Assembly (NCBI GenBank): GCA_002269645.1
Contig: NIVC01000246.1
Location: forward strand, 68,769 to 132,768
Direction of reading: 5' to 3'
DNA length: 64,000 nucleotides
From: Macrostomum lignano
Taxonomy: Eukaryota
Shown: positions 11,495-21,300 of the stretch, in pieces
Layout of the letters: each line of letters starts with the position of its first letter
Numbering within the stretch: position 1 is the first letter of the stretch
The notes under the pieces: generated by a model
The model's database searches: none
Told to the model about the DNA's origin: nothing
What the model saw: the letters and a program-made list of their open reading frames with translations, nothing else
Made by a program: the position numbers and the translations under genes

Positions 11495-12029
11495 TTGGAA
11501 ATTCAACGGTTAGAGAAAACCAGAAAACACAATTTACACAGCTATTTGAAGGAATCATACACAAAGTTTTTATGCTTGGAATTTTAGAGTCAGTGAGTTT
11601 AGGAAAATTCTCAAACCACATGATATCTTTGATTTAAAGGCCTACTTACATGAATAAAAACGAGTAAACAGCAACTTGATAAAGTATAAATCAAATAATA
11701 CGAGTAGAACCCATAGAAAACTGTAGGAAAAGTTTACGAGCACACCAGAGACCACTTTTGATGACTTGAATTGACTTCCGCCCTCAAGAGTCATACTCAG
11801 GCCATTAAATTTAAAATTTGAATTTTACTAAGATGCAAGAAATAAATGTTTTAATTTTTAGCACAACGCGCATAACATTTTCTTGCTCTGCTACTCGTGA
11901 ATTTTCACTAAGTAGAAAGGATCGAAAATCATTGGAAAATTATATTGTTGAGATAAAAAACTTAAAACTCTCGAGTCTCGAATAAATGAAAATACATGTA
12001 GCTTAAAAATTAAATATGACCATATAGTT

Positions 12030-12794
12030 TTAGTCCAGTACTGGGCTGCACTCCCCAGGAATGGGGTTCGGGCAGTTGTCGTCCCAAAAGCAATTGGCCA
12101 GGCACAAGTTCCACTCCGTGATGCCGTTGCAGCAGACCGGCTTGTACGCAATTGGGCATTTCTTCAGGCCGCAGTCTACATGTATTTCGGGCCAGTTGTC
12201 AATGTCAACATTTGGCTCCTCCGGGATCTCGGGCTCATCCGGGATCTCGGGCTCCTCCGTGGGCAGCGGCTCTTCATCCAAATCTATTGGTTCAAGGATA
12301 TTGTCGAGATTGTAGGTTATTTCAGCAACTACATCCACGTCGGAAGTTGTCTCACCTATGGGAGCTGGCGTAGTTTCGGTCTCAGGAATAGTAGTTTCCG
12401 TCTCCGGAATTGGAGTAGTTTCCGTCTCCGAAATTGGAGTAGTTTCCGTCTCCGGAATTTGAGTAGTTTCCGTCTCCGAAATTGGAGTAGTTTCCGTCTC
12501 CGAAATTGGAGTAGTTTCCGTCTCCGAAATTGGAGTAGTTTCCGTCTCCGAAATTGGAGTAGTTTCCGTCTCCGAAATTGGAGTAGTTTCCGTCTCCGGA
12601 ATTGGAGTAGTTTCCGCGTTCTTCAGATCCGTAGTTTGAATCTCTTCAGGTACGGGAGTAGTTTCCTTAATCAAGGGCAAGCGAGTGACTTGCTGCTCAG
12701 AAGTGACGGCAGTGATGTTGGGAACCTCTTGAGAGCAGCAGAGCGCTACGATCAAAGGTAGCAATGAAAGAAGCATAAAATATCTCAAAGCCAT
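12030..12794 (-). CDS. Secreted mucin-like (ETETTPIS repeats) protein with C-terminal Kazal-like domain
   Basis: Signal peptide MALRYFMLLSLLPLIVALCCS; 24-bp coding repeat at about 12370-12620; CGLKKCPIAYKPVCCNGITEWNLCLANC..C..C Kazal-type Cys pattern; single exon; TATATA about 75 nt upstream. Confidence 0.82.
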   Translation of the reverse strand: MALRYFMLLSLLPLIVALCCSQEVPNITAVTSEQQVTRLPLIKETTPVPEEIQTTDLKNAETTPIPETETTPISETETTPISETETTPISETETTPISETETTPISETETTQIPETETTPISETETTPIPETETTIPETETTPAPIGETTSDVDVVAEITYNLDNILEPIDLDEEPLPTEEPEIPDEPEIPEEPNVDIDNWPEIHVDCGLKKCPIAYKPVCCNGITEWNLCLANCFWDDNCPNPIPGECSPVLD

Positions 12795-13292
12795 ATTGTG
12801 AACTTGTGTGAATTGTTGAATTTCTACGGTTAGTTTATGCTATTTTGTTGGATATATTTTCAGTCGAAATATATACACTTCACAATAAGAGGGCGTAATA
12901 AGTCAGTCCAGCGTGCAGTACGTCATTCCGATAATATGCTCGAGTTGCAACGTGCGTGTTGCCATGCCATACTAAAATTGTCGTCGTGCGTTCGAATCTG
13001 CTGCAATCAAGTTTGTATTAAAAAATTACACGTGCATTAAATACTCGTATACGGCCACGCAATTAAATAATAATGAATCATACATTTAATGGCTAAAACT
13101 AATGAGAACTCAACAATTATAAGACCTGATCGTGATGCGCTGACGGAATTGACGGAAAAAATAGACCTTGCATCACTGCATTCATGCTTGCAGGCTGTAG
13201 CTGTAGATTTAAAATTATACTTTTGATTGTTTAATTATAAACTGTTTAATCGTTATGATTGTGGCTTTTTATGAATCAGTCATGAACATAAA

Positions 13293-13356
13293 AAAGAATC
13301 GCCTGATACGAGGAGATGAGCCATAGACAGTATCTCCTCGTATCAGGCGATTCTTT
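13293..13356. repeat. Perfect 25-bp inverted repeat with 14-nt loop
   Basis: AAAGAATCGCCTGATACGAGGAGAT (13293-13317) and its exact reverse complement (13332-13356). Confidence 0.9.
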
Positions 13357-13504
13357 GTATATAAAATACGATTGCTTATTTAATCGTTAAAAAATTGTAC
13401 TATTCTGAGCCGGGAATGTGTTGTCTGTGGTAATTTTTAACAAAAACTAGGATATTATATCATATAATCTCCTCGAAATCAGGAGCAATCGAATTTAATA
13501 TATG

Positions 13505-13649
13505 ATAAACGCCGTTTAATTCATCATAGTCTATGGTTAGAATATCCTCGGCTGCAATCAATGGTCCTCGGCTCGCTACGCTCGCCTCGAGACCATTAAA
13601 CGCAGCCTCAGACATTCTAACCACAGAATGTGAATTAAACGGCGTTTAT
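13505..13649. mobile_element. Short palindromic non-autonomous element
   Basis: Ends ATAAACGCCGTTTAATTCA / TGAATTAAACGGCGTTTAT; imperfect symmetry continues to a central CTCGCTACGCTCG. Confidence 0.55.
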
Positions 13650-14589
13650 TATTTACGTAATCCGCGGTATGTAACCTGAATACGAGTATAACGTCGTATC
13701 TCCGCCGGAGATAATGAGTTATCTCCGCTATCTATGTCTATCCATCTCGTTGGTTTGTCTATGGTAGCAGAGTTACGCTATTACGCACAGGCAAAGTGGA
13801 TTACATAATCTTAAACCACTTTAGAGCTCACTTTCAGGGAGGTTATTGACATAGATTTTATTTTGCGGGATTTAATCGATCTCTTTCCCGGACATATTAC
13901 AAGAATTATTGTATGTATCTAAATAAGCGAGCAGCTTCTCTGATCTTCTCTTCCTTCGTGACTCGAGAAATTTCTTAATGAAATTTTGTCTATGGTAAGA
14001 ATGTGGGGACTTCGCCCCCACACCCCCATCCCGAACTTCAACCATAGACGAGCCATAGACATAGGTATGGCTCCGGGATTTATCTGAATACATCCCGCAA
14101 AATTAAAGTAGTTTAAATGGCTCTCGGGATTTAATCACATACCGACCTCAAACCCATAGAATATCTTACACATGACTATACGTATGCATACATGCACCTC
14201 CCAGCTTTCCGACACTGAGAGGGGATGTGTGGTACCACTTAATCCCTGACACTATTTTTTCACTGATACATGTAATTACTACCCTCTCAGACACTTCAAT
14301 TAGAAATGCATGTACATGCGTATATGCATGCAGTCTAAATTTACATGTACATTTACATCCTGGATGTTGATGATTTATTGCATGTGCAGCATCTCAGGTG
14401 CATGTATATTTTGAGCGATTGAATATAACATTTACATGTACATGTAGATAAATTGAGTTTAATTAATAACTAAATCTGATCAGTAACCAATACATTTATG
14501 TCAACCAAAAATATATTTTTAATTAGTCTGCAACTACTCGGGCTACTCGGCCTGGCTTTGTGCGGAATATACATATGTATGCAGTATGG

Positions 14590-17240
14590 TCATTACACAT
14601 ATTAAGACGCAGAGGGGAGGCCCCTCGCGCGCACGCGCTCGCAGAACAGGCGGGAGGGGCAGGCAGCAGCAGCCTGAGGGTTCAGCTCAAGCGCCTGCAA
14701 GTCAGCGATGAGGCAGTCCGTTAGAGTGACAGTGCGGGCCTGGCCGTGGCGCAATTGCTCGGTCGGCCGGTGCAGCATGGCCAGGGCCAGAGGGACCGGC
14801 GCACCGCGACCCAGGGTCCGTAGGCAGTGGCCCAGCAGCATCTGGCGGCGCCGGCGCAGGGTAGCGCTCAGGGGCGGCGTTCCGGCGTGGGCCATCAGAG
14901 CGTTGGTCGGCAGGCGCTCCGGGTAGTGCACGCCCAGCGCGTAGCGCAGCAGCGATCGGTAGAGCGCGTCCAAGGCCCGCTCTCGCTCCTCGGTCAGCGG
15001 CACAGCCTCCATGCCGTACAGAAGGCCGCGCGGAACAGGCGCACCTTCAGGTCGTCTCTGGCAGCTGAATGAAAAAGTTCCTGAGGAACTGCGCGGCGCG
15101 CCAGGCCTGGTTCCTCCTGTCGGAGACAATCGCCCAGCGAGCGTCCACCAGCAGCCCAACACGGGCACCCTCATTGCAAAGCCATGTGAGAGCGCGCTGG
15201 GCAGCAGCTGGATCGCGGCAGAGCAGCGCGATGTTGTCAGCAGACACAAGAGCGGGAAGCGAAACAGCAGGGTGTCTGGAGCTTCGGCGTGGGACCAGCA
15301 AGTAGCTGTCATCCTCGCGGAGGGACCGACGAAGCACGTAGTCCACAACTACGAGGAAGAGCAGAAGAGCCAGCGTGTCGCCATGAAGGACGCCTGAGCT
15401 GGTGCCGAACTCTTCTGTGGGGCCGTCGCTCGACATGACAAAGTCCTGGAGTCGCGGTAGAGGTCCATCACCGCGCTCAGCAGCGCAGCAGGTACGCCAG
15501 AGTGAGCTAGAAGCCACGCGATCGCAGGCCTGGACACCGAGTCAAACGCCTTGTGAAAGTCGGCGAAGATAATTGACACGGAGCGCTGGCGGGTCTTGCA
15601 GGCCTCGATGACACCTGTCCGAGATATACGGCCCTGTATATAGTGGAGATATAGTGGACCTGTCCGAGCGGAAGCCGCTTTGGAGGCTCAGCAGCAGCAG
15701 GAATTGAAGACCGGGCAGGAGGCGGTTGCTCAGAATCGCGTTCAGCAGCTTCGTCGTTGTGAATTCCAGCGCGATGCCTCGCTGGTTGTTCAGGCTGGTG
15801 GAGGCGCATTTTTTAGGGATGGAGACAATCTTGGAGGTGCGCGATTGCTGAGGAGCTGAGGCGGCCTCGTTGCCTCCAAGGCTGCAGTACTTGTTCAGCA
15901 GGTTGGTGATGATTTGGGTGAGCTCGGGCAGCTTTAGGACCCTGGGAGGGATGGTTCGCATGGTCCTCGATCAGTGCTTGGTCAACCTGGCCTGCAGTGA
16001 TGGGGCCGGTGTTGAAGGCGCCTGCTGGGCTGGAGCGAAGTCTGGGATTGGCAGAAGAGGCCAGTTGGAGCAGTTGGAGCGCGTTGAGCACCTCGCGGTA
16101 GTGGGTGGCCAGCAGGGCCTTGCGGTGCTCGGTGGAATCAGCGCCGACGATGGTGTTGGGCCTGGGCTTCTTGCCAGTCAGCTTGATGGCCCTTCAGACA
16201 GCACTATGGCGGCAGTTGTCAGTAGCGATTTGGATTTCGCTCACAGCCTCTTCGATGAAGGCTTCAGTCCGCTGGGCGTAGATGCGCTGCAGCTCGTCCC
16301 TGGCAGCACTGGCCTGGTCGCTGTCATGGCTGTGGAGTGCAGCAGTGCTCTGCACATGCCGCTTTGCCTGGGAGATCATGAGATCGCGGTCCCACAGGGC
16401 CTTTGGATGGTTTGCCTGTCTCCGTGGGAGAAGCGCTGCAGCATCCTCGACGACGTAATGGAAGACTCGAAGGACTTGGCTGGAGCAGGAGTAGCGCGGC
16501 AAGCATGCAGCTTGCGTGCGTGTCCAGGTTTCTCAGGTCGCCGGCCAGAGAGGGTGAGATGGCGCAGGCCGGAGCTTTTACCAGTGCAGATCAAATTCGC
16601 ATGCCACCAGGCGGGTGATCAGATTGAACGCAGTCGGGGCGGATGTTGACGACTCTGCGCACCCTGGACCTCAGGGCATTTGGGCAGAGAATCCAGTGAA
16701 AAATAAAAAAAGGTGAAAAGTGGAAAGGTGAATTGGCATTGGGGATGCCACAGCTGTTCTTAACTATGCAGGCGGCCGTCAGCTGGCAATGGTGAGTTGA
16801 AGTCACCAGCAACAACGACAGAGTTACGATTGCAGGGATGGAATCAAGCATGCAGCCCAGAGTGTCGTAAGGGCTTCTGTCTCAAATGGATCTTCGCAGG
16901 TCCGGGGCCGTTTGGAGCATATAGACGCAGATGATGTGAAGCCGCCTGTCTTTTTTGGCAAAGAAGGCGTGTCCGAGGCGCTCAGATGGGAACTTGATGT
17001 CCAGCAGCGCTCTGGGTGCGGTGGGCGATAGCAGGAAGCCGATCCTCCTGCAGTTCCCTTGGGAGTGGCTGCACTGGGGCAGCCTTGAATTGCCAGCTTA
17101 GACCCAGATCCACAGTCTGCCGCCGATGTTCTTGAACTGCCAGCAGGATGGAGATGTATAGTTCGCGGCCGCCAGCCTTGTCAACTCCTGCAGTCTCCAT
17201 GTCTGACTGAGAGTGCGCGGGCATTGAAGGCATGGCGCGA
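14590..17240 (-). mobile_element. Decayed non-LTR retrotransposon (APE endonuclease + RT; RTE-like)
   Basis: APE motifs VVVAGDFNS (about 16800) and SDH (about 16620); RT motifs IVSIPKK..RGIAL, QSGFRSDRST, FADFHKAFDSV, GVLHGDTLA; catalytic YADD decayed to SADN; C-terminal LYGMEAVPLT..RRRRQMLLGHCLR; many frameshifts. Confidence 0.88.
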
Positions 17241-17424
17241 CCCGAATCTGGTTTTGAAGATGCGGCCGACTTGTCTCATTCTTGGATCTGCTTTTGCGTG
17301 CATTGCGGTGGGCCGAGTTGGGTGAAATGATTGGCCCTCGAGGCTCCGGCTTGGCAGGCTGCGAGTCCTGTGGGTCCGTCCGATGAGCATTGGCGCAGAA
17401 CTCTTCGCACCGGGAGCCCGAGAA

Positions 17425-17941
17425 ATGCCCGCAGACGAATTGTCCGCCGAGATTTGCCCGCCGAGCTTTTCCCGCGGAGATTTGCCCGCAGTGCATTTTG
17501 CCCGTGAGCGAATTGCCCGTGGAGATTTGCCCGCCGAGAATTGCCCGCCGAGATTTGCCCGCAGTGCAATTTGCCCGCGAGCGAGTTGCCCGCCGAGTTT
17601 TTTCCCGCCGAGGTTTGCCCGCAATGATTTTTTCCTGCAGCGCATTTGGCAGCTAGATTCTGTCTGCATTGCCCCCCCCCCCAAAAAAATATGCATTTGA
17701 TATGCAGTTACTATCAAAACGTTTTGATCGTGTAAATCTCTTTATTGAGATTAACACGTACTAAGCATTGGGAAGGCAATGCAGACAAAATCTGCCGCGT
17801 CGCTAAATGCGCTGCAGGAAAAAAGCACTGCGGGCAAACCTCGGCGGGAAAAAACTCGGCGGGCAACTCGCTCGCGGGCAAATTGCACTGCGGGCAAATC
17901 TCGGCGGGCAATTCTCGGCGGGCAAATCTCCACGGGCAATT
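17425..17941. mobile_element. Foldback element: about 165-bp inverted arms built of TTTGCCCGC subrepeats
   Basis: 17511-17673 is a near-exact reverse complement of 17775-17941 with an AT-rich spacer of about 100 bp; extra subrepeats at 17425-17510. No TSD identified. Confidence 0.75.
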
Positions 17942-18300
17942 TTAAATGTTATACATTTAAAGTTATAACAGAGGCCTCAGCCGATTCAGGCATATATGAA
18001 TCTGGTGCATGTTGAATGAAAAGTTCTCGTCAGTGACGATATTTTAAAAGAAACATGAACTAAATTACGAGTACACTTTTCCCAGCCGCTTTTTTTATTT
18101 ACTATTTATACTAGCGAACAAAGATAAAACGAGTTGCAGTTGTTAATTTAGCTTTGCTTTTGAGTTTTGCTCTGCTGATGCTGACTAATTGACTTTTTCT
18201 GAATCACCATCTCTTATTATACCACTGAAGTTAAATTATCAGGGCCAAATTTCTGTAATATTGTTTCGTTCAACATTATTACCAGAATCTTAATCTCAGA

Positions 18301-21300
18301 ATGACCAGCTCTTTGACTGGAACCAAGAAAAGAGTTTGCTATTATTACGATGGTAAGTCTAAGTATGCTTGTAAGAAAGGGAATGTTATAAATTCTAATA
18401 ATACTAACATTAAACATATATTTCTATACATATAACATATCTGACTACTACATGTATGCCCAGCCCTAGGCCTGGTCATACTCAGACTCATAGCATAGGC
18501 CTACAAGTCTGAAGTGTATAGGATTTTTCAATGCAAGCAAAAGTATTGATTTTTCTTAGTGCACAAGACCTCATTGGAATAAATTCTAAAAATTGCCAAG
18601 CATATGCTGTGCTGAGAGTTCAGAAAAAAATTCCAAGGGTAGCCTAATTTTCCAAGGTTCTATTAGGCCTATATCATTACTTTTAGGCCTAAGTCTTGTA
18701 TGATATTTTTTACATATCTAGAATATTTAATAGAACCAAGTTGAGTTATTAAGAGCCATGAAAATTATATACATGCATGAACTTATAGTCATACATAGTA
18801 ATAGGAAAAAAAGTTTCTTAATGCTTAGCATATATAAAGCTAAAAAAATCTAACAAAAATAGTTCTGCCAAAGGTTTACTTATTATTGTTCTATAGTCTA
18901 TAAATACTTTGCTTTGTTGCTAGAAAAATATCACTAGCACTTAAGGCCTGCAAGTATTCCAGGGCTTCTATGCTAACATAAGCATTTCTTGCTGTTGCTA
19001 TTAAAATTTTATTTATTATTAAGAATTGGTACATGGTCCAATTGACATTGTGGCACAATTTAACTGTTTGGAGGGCATAGGCTAAAATAATAAAGCAGGG
19101 GAAGCTAAAGAATTATGCTATAAAGTTAGTTAGTGACAATGATAAAATTTAATTCCCTATTTGAAAATCAGTCAGAACTTTTGAAAAGCTTTGCTATGAA
19201 AATGTAAAACTAATAGAAGAGGAATATGCACATGTATATTTTATTACTGTTATAATCTATTATGTGAATATAAAGCCTACAAAACAATAATCACATAGAT
19301 GTATTGGTTTCCCGACAGACATTCAGACAGACATTCAGAAATCGTTCATTAAATGTTTAACAAAATTGTCTATTTATTACGCAAGATACTGTGAATTTAT
19401 AGAAACTTTTACGCATGTCTCTGCTTTAAAAAGACACCTCAGACACACACAAAGACGCTTCACAAGCTGAGATATTCCCTAACAACTGTTGTTACGACGT
19501 TTCCCAATATACCGAATACTGTATATAGTAGTTTTTTGAGAAGCCGCTACATCGTCCCACTTTGGTCTTTCTGCATGAAATTTGCACAGCTGTTTTACGC
19601 ATGTCTCTGCTTTAAAAAGACACCTCAGACACACACAAAGACGCTTCACAAGCTGAGATATTCCCTAGCAACTGTTGTTATGACGTTTCCCAATATACCG
19701 AATACTGTATATAGTAGTTTTTTGAGAAGCCGCTACATCGTCCCACTTTGGTCTTTCTGCATGAAATTTGCACAGCTGTTTTACGCATGTCTCTGCTTTA
19801 AAAAGACACCTCAGACACACACAAAGACGCTTCACAAGCTGAGATATTCCCTAACAACTGTTGTTACGACGTTTCCCAATATACCGAATACTGTATATAG
19901 TAGTTTTTTGAGAAGCCGCTACATCGTCCCACTTTGGTCTTTCTGCATGAAATTTGCACAGCTGTTTTACGCATGTCTCTGCTTTAAAAAGACACCTCAG
20001 ACACACACAAAGACGCTTCACAAGCTGAGATATTCCCTAGCAACTGTTGTTACGACGTTTCCCAATATACCGAATACTGTATATAGTAGTTTTTTGAGAA
20101 GCCGCTACATCGTCCCACTTTGGTCTTTCTGCATGAAATTTGCACAGCTGTTTTACGCATGTCTATGCTTTAAAAAGACACCTCAGACACACACAAAGAC
20201 GCTTCACAAGCTGAGATATTCCCTAGCAAATGTTTTTACGACATTTTGATGAGGACGCACTTTTTCCCAAATCCCGCGCTGGCACATGGGCTCTAAACTT
20301 ACTAGCCTACTGACAGCAGGCTAAGGGCATTTTTATTCTCTTTTATCTTTTATCGAGATAGCAAATTTGTCGAACGACTACCAGAATAAAGTAAGACCTG
20401 ACTCTCAAAATGGCAAAGAAAGTTTGCGACTAAATTATGACTGGAGAGTATCAGGTATCACTTTAAGAAATTGATCTGCCTACCGCAGAAGCAAATGAGT
20501 CTCAAACCGATTCGCAATTGACAACTCCGACAAGGGTAAGCGAAATCGCCCACCGAACAACTGCAGAACGTGCAAACGCCAAAGACAGGCGCCAAACGTC
20601 GGAAAAGTGATCACTTTGCTAAACAGTGCACATTAGTAAAATCGAACAGAATTAATGTTATCGACTCAGACGATGGGGTAATCCCGTCAGCAACTGAGAA
20701 TCAAACTACAGAAAATAAGCATCAAAACATTTCGTGCAACGAAACATAAAACACCCCATAAATATCACGTCAGACTTGATCCGCGATAACTGCATTGTCC
20801 CTTTCTTTATTCAACATCATCATTCAATAATACTGCTAGTAGTCTAAGACTCCAATTCAATCTGAAGTGTGAAGTGAACTAAGGAGAAGGTTAAATCTAA
20901 CAGTTATCTTTGTCGGTATTATTTCTTTGTTCGCCGATGGCTCAGATGAGTAGCTAAGCTAGTAGGCACTTATCAAGAAACAAATTGCGGCCAAATAAGC
21001 AGGTCAGAACGCCACATGAAAACGTATCTTTTTGCTGGGTGCACATTCTTACTACACTTCTAAACTTTCTACCACTAAGGTGCTCCATCTGCTCAGGGAG
21101 AAACGTAGAAGCAGCTGAAGAAGCAAGGAGCTCACTAAAATTAGAAAATGGCACGTAAGTTCAGTTAATATGCCTTGCAAATTTCAAAGCCCCCCTTCTC
21201 GTGTACATTTTACCTACTTCAATTTGGCAGTATAGTTCAATGCCAGTTGCTTTCTTCTGTCACTCCGACGTATGGAGTCCAGATAGTGCACTGTGAGATC

